Below, in pieces: positions 12,301 to 22,974 of a stretch of DNA of 64,000 bases (position 1 is the first letter of the stretch; each line of letters starts with the position of its first letter). The stretch is taken from contig NMRA01000104.1 in NCBI GenBank assembly GCA_002633005.1, positions 618,841 through 682,840 on the forward strand, in the 5' to 3' direction. Both the position numbers and the translations under genes were made by a program. This DNA comes from Phoronis australis. Its lineage: Eukaryota > Animalia > Phoronida. Under the pieces are notes generated by a model. It was not told the origin of the DNA and ran no database searches. It saw only the letters and a list, made by a program, of their open reading frames with translations.

Positions 12301-15300
12301 GATCGCGGCCGGAGGAAGTGGGGAGCCGGCTGGTGGGAACGTCAGCGGAAGTGGTGTCGGCACCTCGGTGAGTGAGGCAACGGTGCTATCCCTGCAAGGA
12401 ATGCAGGGCAGCCAAATTTTAAACGACATGAGAAGATGTGCGCTCGCCAGCTAAAGGTATACAAGTGTCGAACCTGTGGCGCCAAAAGTACGTCTGCGCA
12501 CTCAGAGAGGAGGCACAGCAGCAAGTACGGCCACGGGGATATGGATGACAAGTAGGAGACGAACCGCAATCGACTAAAGGCCGATGCAGCGAGGGAGACG
12601 GGAGGTGGCAGCCGACGATGTGGAGATGATCTCCAGCCCAACCCTTCCCCAGGAAGAGGTCCTGACATGGGACAGCAAATGACGTTCACAAACATGCGGT
12701 GGTCTTCTTGCCCAGTGTCGTGGGGCCGAGACTATTCGACATGTATTTAGTTTAATTTGTTCTTAGTTTTTTTGTGATCTGTGATTATATTTCACTAGAT
12801 GTGAATTTTAAGTATCTGCATGTACAGGTATATTAGGACCCATATATAGTGGTACACTTTTATACCTCAAACAAAACATGGCGGAGTTTGCATCCCCTCG
12901 CAGGTCACGGGAACTGTTCTTTGCAGGTCCTACGTGCATGGATTGTGTAGACGAGGACAGGAGAGCACTCTCTCACAATTTAGAGTCTTCATAGCCACCT
13001 AATGTCTGCCAATACTACCTCAAAGACCAATGTATCTATGGCGATAGCTGCAGGTATGACCATTTCACGGTTGACCCAGAAAGGCAGTTTACAATCCGAC
13101 TCCATTAACGTACATACTTGATATTAATATTTTCTGAATCCTCTCATCAGGGTGATCATGGTGATTCCAAAAATGTATTACTCATGCCGATTAGGCTCTT
13201 TTTATTCATGCATTCACCCTTTTTACGAGATGTTCATTTGCGGCAGCCGATCTCGAGTGACCGCCATTATAAAACTGTGACACCTGTCGGCAGGAATGAT
13301 AACTACAACGATCATGCGTGTGTCAAAAAGCTTTTTATCATTGTCTACCCAAACTGTAGACAGTGACCACTGTCTCTAGCTGACTAGAGTCTATAGGAGC
13401 TACACCGTATCTATCTGACTAGAGACGGTGGTCACGGCTGTCTAGAGAACTTAGCCTTAGTTAGGCCTGTGTTGGCCAGCCAGCTAGCATTCGGGCTAGC
13501 TAGCTGTATGAATAACACCAAGACTAGTACTCCGCTAACTAATACTAAGCCTTAATTGGTACAAAGCTGTATACTAAATCAGTGGCGGATCTAGGATATC
13601 ACAAGGGGGGCCCCAACATTTTTTGTCCGGCTGTAAGCATTTGCGCAAACTGAACCACGATTGTAGATGAGCATAGCACGGTATGGGGGGAAACCCCCCT
13701 CCCGCCCAGGAAATTTTTCTGTTTTTACCTCTAAAAATCAAGCATTTTCCTTGATTCCTGAAGTATTATCCAAGAAAAAAAGAAAAAAAAAACACGGAGA
13801 ACGTGTCAAACAGGAAAAACTGAACGTACCAAAGACTCGAACTCACGACCTGGCAGATAGAGAGCGCGTGCGTTACCACTACACCACCACGATTTTACAA
13901 ATCTCATACTAAAAGACCAACTTGTTTATGGTCCACAGCGTTTGCGCGCGAAACCTACTTCTTTTCGTAATGATTACACGTTTTATATTTTGTGCCATCT
14001 ATTGTTAACAAATTTGTCGTATTTAAAATAGTCTTCAAATGCCCAAAAGACCAAATCCGTTTTTCGTGTTGGCAATAATGACGGGATTGCTTTGGAAATC
14101 GTCTTAAGATAAGGTTTGACAAAGAGAGTATTGCGAGTTTCTGAGTAATTCACTTAGGCTTCGATTAAAATTCACATCTTACCAGCAGCTTCTATTTTTT
14201 CATCGTCAATCAGGTTCCATTCTCTTTAAAAAATGAAGTAAATTTTCTTCATTGCACAGTGGAGCAGACGACGAAAACGGAGTCGTAGTGCGCAGCGCCA
14301 CTGCCGGTCGCCTGGGATATCGCGGGAGAGCCTATACTTAGCCATAGCTCCGTTACGAATACGCCGTGTTCCGAATTTGACAGTTGAAATTGGGTTTGAG
14401 CCCCCCCCCCCAAACACTAAAACTGCACACATTTAAATCTTCTTTTCATCCGTATAATTTTAATTACCGNAAAGCACGTCTGCGCACTCAGAGAGGAGGC
14501 ACAGCAGCAAGTACAGCCACGAGGATATGGATGACAAGTGGGAGACGAACCGCAATCGACTAAAGGCCGATGCAGCGAGGGAAAGACGACGGGAGGTGGC
14601 AGCCGACGATATGGAGAGGACCTCCAGCCCAACCCTTCCCCGGGAAGAGGTCCTGACATGGGACCGCAAATGACGTTCACAAACATGCGGTGGTCTTCTT
14701 GCCCAGTGTCGTGGGGCCGAGACTATTCGACATGTATTTAATTTTGTTCTTAGTTTTTTTGTGATCTGTGATTATATTTCACTAGATGTGAATTTTAAGT
14801 ATCTGCATGTACATGTATATTGGGACCCATATATAGTGGTACACTTTTATACCTCAAACAAGACATGGCGGAGTTTGCATCCCCCCGCAGGTCACGGGAA
14901 CTGTTCTTTGCAGGTCCTACTTGCATAGATTGTGTAGACGAGGCCAGGAGAGCATTCTCTCACAATTTAGAGTCTTCATAGCCACCTAATGTCTGCCGAT
15001 ACTACCTCAAAGACCAATGTACCTATGGCGATAGCGGCAGCCTGCAGGTATGACCATTTCAGGGTTGACCCAGAAAGGCAGTTTACAATCCGACTCCATT
15101 AACGTACATACTTGATATTAATATTTCCTGAATCCTCTCATCAGGGTGATCATGGTGATTCCAAAAATGTATTACTCGTGCCGATTAGGCTCTTTTTATT
15201 CATGCATTCACCGTTTTTACGAGATGTTCATTTGCGGCCCAGCCAATCTCGAGTGACCGCCATTATAAAACTGTGACACCTGTCGGCAGGAATGATAACT

Positions 15301-15844
15301 ACAACGATCATGCGTGTGTCAAAAAGCTTTTTATCATTGTCTACCCAAACTGTAGACAGTGACCACTGTCTCTAGCTGACTAGAGTCTACAGGAGCTACA
15401 CCGTATCTATCTGACTAGAGACGGTGGTCACGGCTGTCTAGAGAACTTAGCCTTAGTTAGGCCTGTGTTGGCCAGCCAGCTAGCATTCGGGCTAGCTGTA
15501 TGAATAACACCAAGACTAGTACTCCGCTAACTAATAATAGTAATACTAAGCCTTAATTGGTACAAAGTCAAAGCTGTATACTAAATATACATTTTGACGA
15601 CTGGCTGGCTACGCTAACACATACTTAGTCCTTGATAATTGCTCTCTTCCACACCACCTCCATTGTCTACCACTTCGATCACTTCACTCCCATACTCCTT
15701 CAGCCGAACGTCGATTGAGCTGGCCCCAGCATCTATCGCATTCTCAACCAGTTCTTTGACCGCAGAGGCAAGTGTCAGCACCACTTGCCCTGAGCAAATC
15801 CTGTGAACTGTCCCACGATCTATTGTCTGAATTGCAGCAGACAT
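363..15844 (-). CDS. PMS2: Mismatch repair endonuclease PMS2 (MutL family), 5' part; gene continues past the left window edge
   Basis: Exons (minus): 15625-15844, 10600-10702, 9892-9994, 9057-9226, 8328-8406, 6737-6925, [missing exon, probably in gap 5195-5877], 4966-5045, 4611-4726, 3992-4022 (tentative microexon), 3320-3422, 1892-2568, 816-915, 363-490. All have GT-AG boundaries and consistent phase. Translation gives the MutL GHKL ATPase motifs [70 protein letters not shown] and [13 protein letters not shown]. An acidic linker follows, then [34 protein letters not shown], typical of PMS2 just before the C-terminal endonuclease domain. Confidence 0.95.
1191..1400. mobile_element. Small degenerate inverted-repeat element (MITE-like) in a PMS2 intron
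   Basis: TGTCAAATGATAAGTGAAC near 1192 resembles the reverse complement of 1381-1400 (TGTCGAATGTAACGAACTGT). The inner arm TTTTGCGTCACCGCGAGA near 1227 matches the reverse complement of 1343-1361 (TTTCTACGTCACCGCAAGA). Confidence 0.5.
3715..3910. repeat. Degenerate dispersed repeat of about 200 bp, second copy at about 6455-6640
   Basis: Colinear shared blocks: TTGTAAGCAAG(T/C)ATTAAA, ATCACT(CT)GGTAGTTA, TGTAGTCTGA, CAGAATATGC(A/G)TGATGCC. Confidence 0.55.
5046..5194. repeat. 42-bp tandem repeat abutting a PMS2 splice acceptor and running into an assembly gap
   Basis: Unit CTGTAACACAAGCACAGAACCAGATGACCTATCTGATCATAA. About 3.7 copies are visible and the first copy is 37 bp. It explains the 14-aa periodic ORFs in the track. 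Confidence 0.95.
5195..5877. other. Assembly gap (683 N)
   Basis: Run of N. Confidence 1.
10990..11965 (+). mobile_element. Decayed Ty3/Gypsy LTR-retrotransposon integrase in PMS2 intron 1, antisense to the host gene
   Basis: Zn-binding region AGHL..NKT...[28 protein letters not shown]. Catalytic core [17 protein letters not shown]...DQGREFES...[18 protein letters not shown]...[29 protein letters not shown]-type tail [32 protein letters not shown]. Frameshifts, stops and an internal deletion show it is dead. Confidence 0.92.
12485..13579 (+). repeat. Copy 1 of a near-identical duplicated segment of about 1.1 kb
   Basis: Matches 14471-15586 with scattered SNPs and small indels. Confidence 0.95.
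13357..13444. repeat. Hairpin or mini-MITE of about 90 bp (also at 15353-15440)
   Basis: TAGACAG.TGACCACTGTCTCTAG pairs with CTAGAGACGGTGGTCACGGCTGTCTA. Confidence 0.7.
13580..14469 (+). mobile_element. Non-autonomous element starting CAGTGGCGGATCTAGG, truncated at the contig break (N at 14470)
   Basis: The terminus CAGTGGCGGATCTAGGATATCACAAGGGGGG matches the reverse complement of about 19886-19917 (CAATGGCGGATCTAGGATACCATAAGGGAGG). It is absent at the equivalent position of copy 2 (15586). Confidence 0.65.
13823..13890 (-). pseudogene. tRNA-derived sequence (SINE head or pseudo-tRNA)
   Basis: The minus strand reads GTGGTGGTGTAGTGGTAACGCACGC...GGTCGTGAGTTCGAGTC. An A-box-like TGGTGTAGTGG and a B-box-like GAGTTCGAGTC sit at tRNA spacing, but the acceptor and anticodon stems do not pair cleanly. 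Confidence 0.6.
14471..15586 (+). repeat. Copy 2 of the duplicated segment (probably the other allele)
   Basis: Starts immediately after a single N at 14470 and is near-identical to 12485-13579. Confidence 0.95.
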
Positions 15845-15929
15845 TGTCTTGTTGAATATCCATGCTACGAAACATTATAGAGCAAGCTAATATTCTGTGG
15901 GACTTCTGCTAAGCGGTCACATGTGTCAA

Positions 15930-16180
15930 TTTGGACGGCCATGCTTGACCTTCGCGCCTGAAAGCTGTAGTATACTTGAACTTAAACTTTTTCTACTCTC
16001 AAGATCGCGCATGCGTGATTTTGGAAAGCGTTAAAGTGCTAGTAGCAGTTGTTCAGTTCGAACGAACTCTTAGCTTTTTTATGTGGTACTTCCTGCAGTT
16101 CTCTGCTCGGTTTGAACAATTCTTTTTTTTCACCCCTAGATCTCCTTTACCGGAATGTGTGTCACAAAATCGGAAGAACA
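15930..16180 (-). promoter_or_regulatory. Probable PMS2 promoter region
   Basis: CpG-enriched stretch just upstream of the ATG. It contains an NRF1-like GCGCATGCG (16007-16015), a YY1-like CATGGCCG on the minus strand near 15940, and CGGAA ETS cores near 16150-16175. These are motif matches only. Confidence 0.45.
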
Positions 16181-16569
16181 TGCAAGTGATTAACAGATCA
16201 TTGTTTGAAGAATAAAATAAAAAGCTGGCTAAAAAACTCATAAAATGTACTTAACATTTACTTTGTTTTATGAACATATGATTAGCTTTAGACTAGTGCA
16301 ATTTTAGTCCAGGCAAACGTGACTCCTTGAGTGACCTTTCCACCTTTACTCGGGTATTTCAAGCTCACACATAAGCTATCTTGAAATGAAGCAGAATTTC
16401 AAGTCCAAGCACTACAAATAAATCACGGTGAAGAGACTGGACGGTAGGCTACCGCCCTCTTCTGGCTCGCGATTGGACTGGTCTAAATGAATGACGTTGA
16501 TAGTAACTTAGCAAAACGCGAATGCACTTCAGTCTCGATATCTTCTCCAAAATTAAATAAATGTAAACT

Positions 16570-19500
16570 CAGTGGCAAATCTACGTTTTCAGTAAGGGGG
16601 CGTTTAGGATGGAGTGAATCCGAGGCGGCGTAGCGCGAGACTCAATGAATCACGACAATTGAATGGTGAAGCCAATGTTCAGCTCACCAAGGAGAATGTC
16701 CTAAGTCATGAGACAACGTCAAAAGACCTTTAAAATAAAGAAAAATATGTCTAATGTGGGTGCTGTGTCTTATGACCGGCTACAGTTTACATGGTTGGTG
16801 TCACAATGAACCATGTAGCTTGGGGTTCCATACTGATAAAATTGCGTGAAACTGAAAAAACGACAACGTAGAAACAGCTAGCTAAGCTATAACTTGTCCA
16901 ATCTCGGAAACGAATAATTGCGTTTTGGAAACTCAACGAGACATATTCAAAGAGAAAGCCAACGTTTTCCATCAACAAAAAATAAATTTTAAGTACTACC
17001 ATGTTTACTGAGTGAAGCCAAATCTCAAATCATTTACGAGACCTCATTGGCGTGTTTTTGTTGAAAAGTTTCAAGAGACTTTTTAGTGACTTTGCGATCA
17101 ATAATTTGTAATACACAAAAAACGGCGATGGCATTAATTTTTTAAAGCTTTGCCTCATCTGAAAGTGGTTGTGTGACACTGCTTTTCCAGAAGCGCGGTG
17201 GATTTTTTTTGGAATCATTTACGAGACGTGCATATACTCAACAATAGTGCACATGTGGAAATTAAAATAACTCTACAAAGCTATCAATGGTGATGTGCGA
17301 AATCAATGCACAGTTTTGAAAGTTTTTGGCGGACATTTAGGACAAAATTTGGCATTTGAAACTGGTTGCTTATCATTTACGAGCCTTCATTTACGGGACG
17401 ACAATTTTATAATTAGGTCAAGTCCAATTCTTGAATTTCATCTGCTATTTGCATGTGTGACATGAATATAGGTCAATTTTTCAAAAACGAACACGTACGC
17501 TTTTACAGCCGACTTTGATACTGTCTGAAAATACTCGCTAAAGAAGTCAGTAGAGCTTTTGGGTAAATTTTCAGTAATCTCACTTTTATAATTCACATGT
17601 TTTAGGGTTGTTATTAACGTACTAGAAGAAGTGACGAAATGCTTTCTGTGAAACATACTTTGATTAGAATTTGCTTGACGTTGGTCTTCAAGTTGATAAG
17701 TTCTCGAAAAAAATTGTCACGTAAATGACATCCATTGTCCCGTAAGTGATTTGTTTTATTTTCACTCAATATTCAATTCATTTTTAAGTAGTAATTGAAT
17801 TATTATCCGTGACGATACATGACTTAATGCACCTGGTCTTGCAAAAATAATGATGACATCTTTTTATTTTATTTAGTTCCTATTAATTAGAGTTTGTCAC
17901 ATTGGTTTGCGTTGCAGAATGTCAACATCTAAGTCGCAGCGGATGAAGGAATAGTCTCGAGAGCCCGTAACAAGGCACAACTTGGTGACGAGTGGCTTAG
18001 AAGACAGAGAAAGTGAACTAGTTGGGAATTTCGTACCAGTGTCAGAACTGACAGGAGTATAAAAAGTCGAAAGACAAGAAAACAACAGAGTGTTAGCTGA
18101 GGCCAAAGAAGTCATTATATAAGTGAAGGAAGGCAATTGTGTTTGTAAATATGCGGAAGGTCGTCGATATCTTGGACAAGTCGTGGACACACATGATGTC
18201 GACTTGCCTGTGGAAGTCAACTTCTTGCAGCCGTCCAGTGAGTGGATTGTTTCAACGTGGCCGAAGGAAACAACATTTGGCTACGGAAAGATGACATCTT
18301 GAAGCTCGTCCTGGACCTCGCATCTACTGGGAAAGCTGCAGAGTGTTCAAGGCGCTAGATGAATTGCTGGACTACCTTGATTTCTCCAAATAAAGTTTAA
18401 AGCCGAGTTAAAATTGCCGTCAAAAGGTTTTTAACCTTAACAGTCTTTAGCCCAATTGTCAACGCTTGAATTACCTTAAGTCGTCATTTACGGGACGTGA
18501 CTTGTGAGGTGTTAGATATCAGGCCCAATTGTATAGCAAATGTTTTAAAAATGTTGAATGCAAACTTTTGGATTTACCAATACATGTACAATGTGAGTTG
18601 TGTTACAAATGTCTCCACGTGCCTTCTTACAACACAGACGCTTGAATTATAATCTGTTGTCATTTTTATTACATAATCAGTTACATCAACTCATACAGGT
18701 GACAACAAATAGCCTTGAATACGTATACTATCCGTCATTACTTCATACCAGCAGGAAGAGATAACCAGGCCTGGTTATCTCTTCCTGATACCAGTTATTT
18801 CCTGAAGTGTTGGTGGTCAGAAATAATAGCTAACGTCACAATATCACTTGCCCCTCACTTACGGGACATAATTTGTCATTTACGAGACATCTTTAAATTC
18901 ACTTAAGGATTTTTTTAGTCATCACGTTATAGGATATTGAATACCAGTTTTTGAATGATCGATAGTCGCTAATGAAGACTAAGACAAGTGCAAACACCAC
19001 GGCACCTGTTTTTATAAAACACAGTTATAAACAAACGACGTGTTTTAAAAAGTAAACATTTTGTTCAAAAGTTTAATTTTTATATGTCCATGAAAAATAC
19101 ACAAGAAAGTAGAAAATACTAAGAGCTACTTTTCTCGATTTTACCAAGCATGCTGATTGATAAAATTGCACAATGAGATTGTTCGTTGTCAATGATAACA
19201 AACTAGACCGAAAATTAACCCACCGAACGCGTTTTTCTGTTTTCAAATAAATTATCCAGTTGCTCTAATAAAACAACAAAATAAATTTATAACTGCACTT
19301 GCTGAGCTGAGGAAATTGTTCAAAATTTATCATTTATACGTTAAACTAAGAAAAAATAATACGTTAGCTCCAGATGAAGATATGTGAAAATCGAGTGTCA
19401 CAGGTGTCGAATTAATTGTCGCGATTCATTGAGAATGGCTCAGCGCTGAGCGGGTCGGGATCGGGTCCCCTCTCCCGTGTAACATTTTTGTGGTTTTTAG

Positions 19501-19612
19501 TAGCTGATTTCCTTTTCCTGGCGAAATTTATTTCAATTTTTATCTTTGATCCTGTCCGAGGGGGAGTTTGAACCCCCTGAAACCCCACCCCTCCCCTGTA
19601 AACCCGCCTCTG
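16570..19612. mobile_element. CAGTGGCGGATCTA-family MITE split by a nested transposon
   Basis: The left end is CAGTGGCAAATCTA (16570) and the right end is TAAACCCGCCTCTG (ends 19612; reverse complement CAGAGGCGGGTTTA). The GC-rich halves 16570-16636 and 19447-19612 rejoin when 16637-19446 is removed. Confidence 0.5.
16637..19441 (+). mobile_element. Internally deleted DNA transposon, Sola-like
   Basis: GAG...CTC ends. TIR core CTCAATGAATCACGACAATT (16641-16660) matches the reverse complement of 19414-19433 with 1 mismatch. Flanking direct repeat AGCGC at 16632-16636 and 19442-19446. A degraded ORF at about 17918-18390 has a basic N-terminus (MSTSKSQRMKE..RARNKAQLGDEWLRRQR..FVPVSELT) and a Tudor-like C-terminus (VKEGN.VCKYAEGRRYLGQVVD....VEVNFL......WP...IW...DDILK) resembling Sola2-type transposase ends. 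The superfamily call is from recalled similarity only. Confidence 0.7.
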
Positions 19613-19646
19613 GTGTACTCAGTGATCAAGTGGAGACTGAACCGGC

Positions 19647-19783
19647 NNNNNNNNNNNNNNNNNNNNNNNNNNNNNNNNNNNNNNNNNNNNNNNNNNNNNN
19701 NNNNNNNNNNNNNNNNNNNNNNNNNNNNNNNNNNNNNNNNNNNNNNNNNNNNNNNNNNNNNNNNNNNNNNNNNNNNNNNNNNN
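19647..19783. other. Assembly gap (137 N)
   Basis: Run of N. Confidence 1.
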
Positions 19784-19917
19784 TTTTAGTCCACCGATAG
19801 ATTTTCGGGACACTAGGAGGTTCACATTCACTTTTGGGGCCCCTGCAGTTGTGCGCTTTGCCCAATTCCCCAAGGCAACATGTTGCCCTCCCTTATGGTA
19901 TCCTAGATCCGCCATTG
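19784..19917 (-). mobile_element. Terminus of another CAGTGGCGGATCTAGG-family element
   Basis: TCCTAGATCCGCCATTG ending at 19917; the remainder is lost in the gap. Confidence 0.55.
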
Positions 19918-21030
19918 TAGCTGGATTCGATGACAACTGACCACTAGTAAAGCTATATGAAAAGTCTTCAAGACAAAGTGCGGATACGTCGTTCCAAAGA
20001 AAGTCTAAAATTCAACCCACCATGAAAGTTTACATGAATCAGAGGTAAGCAAGCGGTGCTTCTAGTTCGGATTTTCAACGTCAGTTGCTATAGCGGTGAT
20101 CAGGTTCAGATCAAAGCACTCTATAGATCACAATTTTATTTTACGTTGAATTATATACTTTTCCGTGTACAGAAACAACTGAGAATTTATCATGCTGGAA
20201 AGCTTTCAATGAATAAATCATACGGTTATGGCAAAATGATTATGCTGTGGTCGGCAATTTTGTTTCACCTTCTATTCCGATGCCAAATCATGAGTGGCCT
20301 GTAATCCCAAATTTTCTGACTTTTTCATGTAATTTTGGTGATACTAGGATAAACCATGTCTCCCTAGGTTTTTACAATTTACCCCCCTAATTTTGAAAGG
20401 CTTAGAAAATATTGATAAGAAACCCCCGCAACTGCTCTTTTGTGTTATTATATGCATGGTGACGGGCCGAAAGCCATGAAGAATCCAATACAAGACCATT
20501 CAATTGAAAATCCAAGCTATATTTCTAAAATAACACTTGTAAATTTTCAAGTGGTAAAAACAATACATTTTTTACATTTTACTGTAATTAAAATAAGTGA
20601 AGTTTGTATTGGGTACATATACTTTAGAAGAATGTTTTTTCATTTCTATGGCAAATTTAATAAGGCAGTTGAAAAACAAATTACTCCAAATGAAACACGA
20701 AAAACTATTTGTTTAAAAAATGAAAACCTTGCACCTCTCTGAAAAGATTTACAAATTGACCAGGATATGTCTCCAATTTTTTCTGCGATAGTGAAATCTT
20801 GGAATTAATTAAAACATTGAATTTTTTCAAACATGTTTTGAAGACACTGTACCGAATCCTCTGTCATTACCATATTTTCTGTATGTAGGGATGCATTGTC
20901 CGATCGCATGGTTTTATACATTCGCCTTGAGCTTTGTTGTGTTACTTTACTATGATCAATTTGGCGATAGACAAGTGTTTTGGCAAACCTTTAAATCAAA
21001 TTGTTTACCATGATAGCAAGTAGCAGTATA

Positions 21031-21708
21031 TATTAATAAAAAACAACGGAACGATTTAAACCGGCTTAACATGTTTCGGTGTCGTTTGTTGAAACACTAT
21101 TATAGTAAGAGTACTAAAAATACGCCAAGGTTGCTCAACGAAAACTCAACGAATTGGTGAATGATTTCCGTGTTAAATTAAGTGTTGTATGAACATTCAA
21201 GTCTCTGAAACTGTCTAATTTATTTGACCCTAAGGACACAATTCCTATGGGTCTACGGTCCAGGATAGTGTACAAATTTATCTGTGCAGGATCTGGCTCT
21301 AGTTACATAGGTGACTGAAACTGTTCGCCTTTTAAAAACCCGGATAAGGGAACATCTAAATTCTGACAGAGGTTCCCATGTTAATATTCATCTGCAGAGC
21401 TCCAATCAATGTTATCAACAATGCTCTTTTAATGACTTTGCTGTAACAGACCCAAGCAGAAACAACAAATTAAAATTCGTGAGGCTCTACACATCAGTTG
21501 GTGCAAGTCTCAATAGGCTACTGGTACACCACAGGTTGTCGTTGGTATAGTTTATTGTTACTCCCTGTAACTGACTGTGTCTGTGTTTCATTACTTGTTG
21601 GGCCTAGCAAGGTACCCACTGTTTTTTTCTTCTTCTGATGATGGTGTTTTAATAAACGAAACTGAAACATGTCAAGAAGATTTAAATTCGTTGTTATTTT
21701 TATTAATA
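21031..21708 (+). mobile_element. Truncated Penelope-like retroelement: GIY-YIG endonuclease remnant with inverted pLTR fragments
   Basis: About 21230-21400 translates LFDPKDTIPMGLRSRIVYKFICAGSGSSYIG/ETVRLLKTRIREHLNSDRGSHV, with a frameshift after YIG. 21031-21110 is an inverted, diverged copy of 21631-21708, the usual arrangement for 5'-truncated PLE insertions. Confidence 0.88.
21628..21680 (+). ncRNA. Minimal type I hammerhead ribozyme in the Penelope pLTR
   Basis: Stem I TCTTCTT (21628-34) pairs with AAGAAGA (21674-80). The core CTGATGA is at 21635-41. Stem II GGTGT..AAACT is imperfect (ACACC in the inverted copy). GAAA is at 21664-67, followed by a palindromic ACATGT stem III and a GTC cleavage triplet at 21671-73. 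Confidence 0.8.
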
Positions 21709-22375
21709 AATTAAATTGTTGTTTTTAACAAAGTAGTACGGCTCAGAAGAGCAAAAATATTCAGCAACGGCCCTTGAACTGCGGGAGTTTTTCATTGTGT
21801 ACTTAGGTTCAGCAATCGCTATCATAAACTTGAACATGAACTACTGAAAGTGAAAAAAAAAAACGTATTTGCCCGTCATCTGTAACAAATCGCTTTGCCA
21901 GATTTTCTATACGCGTCAACCAAATATATAATTGTTAAGTGCTCCACTTTGTAGGACTCGAGCACAAACACGCGACTTCATAACGCGTTTTTTTTTTCCG
22001 AAAGTCCATTGATTTTCCGTTACTGTTTTCGGTGCACACGACTAGAAATACAGCTGACGGGCACCAAAATATCGCCCTTAAACCACAGAAATTAAATTAG
22101 CCGACTCGAGAGTTCATCACAAGTCAAGGCTTGGCAGGACTAGCTGGGGCATAATACAAACGCTATGTTGGACATCCTTAGAGGTACAGTTGTGTACCAG
22201 CACTAGTAATTCATAATTATAGTGATTAACTGGAACCAGTGTTCAGTCTATCCTTGCACCATAAGTTATAAGCACCCAGCAACACTGAATCATTTGATTT
22301 CAGGGAATTGCTTATATCTAGTACTCAATTTTGTGTGCGTGTAAAAGAAACCAACAATTCCAACAAAACATTATT

Positions 22376-22381
22376 TTTATT
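22376..22381 (-). promoter_or_regulatory. Candidate polyadenylation signal of the TEX14-like gene
   Basis: AATAAA on the minus strand about 600 nt after the stop codon, followed by a GT-rich tract. Confidence 0.4.
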
Positions 22382-22974
22382 GAAAACAACAACAGAATTC
22401 CAAAAAGGATAAACATTAAAATTGATTATCAAACATTGAATTTTAACAAAAGTAATAACAAGGCCAAAGGGACTGAAATTTTTTACAATTAAATGTCAAA
22501 TTGAACCAAATAAATAACATGCAAACTCCACATCAAGTAAGAAGTGGATTGCACACTAGGCCATTGTAGTTCTAAACCAGCAATGTTTTGAGAGGTATGA
22601 AACATATACCTACTTGCATTAAATGAACCATTCCATTAAATGGATAATTGCGACTGCCATGCCCAGCCCTATTTCACATCAACTCAAATGACACAACCGC
22701 ATCTTCATATGCTTTTCCACAAAGCAAAACCATAACTTGTTGGAATACATGGGCAACACAATTGGCTTAACAACCACTTAGTGTAATTAGTAATTTTAAC
22801 ATAGAAAATACATTTTTTGAAAATCCACTTCAAGTAAAATCAAACAGAACTCGGCAATACTGGAATTCATTGCCAATTACGCTAACGGCTAATTTTCTAA
22901 CATACGAAAGAGAATTGCTTGAATGTTCCAAATCAGTTGTCACTTATATGTTGAACTACTTCCTATTACAGGCC

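Noticed and set aside
12485-15586. Duplicated segments read as the paired LTRs of the Gypsy element
   Set aside because: Both copies lie downstream of the integrase, lack TG..CA ends, and copy 2 starts at a contig join.
15865-15942. Upstream ATG (MAVQIDT) as an extra PMS2 coding exon
   Set aside because: It would need an intron of about 56 nt with a weak GTGACC donor, and read-through hits a stop. Unsupported without cDNA.
13580-19917. One composite transposon carrying PMS2 exon 1 between matching inverted ends
   Set aside because: Two assembly breaks lie inside, there is no TSD, and independent copies of a common MITE family explain it more simply.
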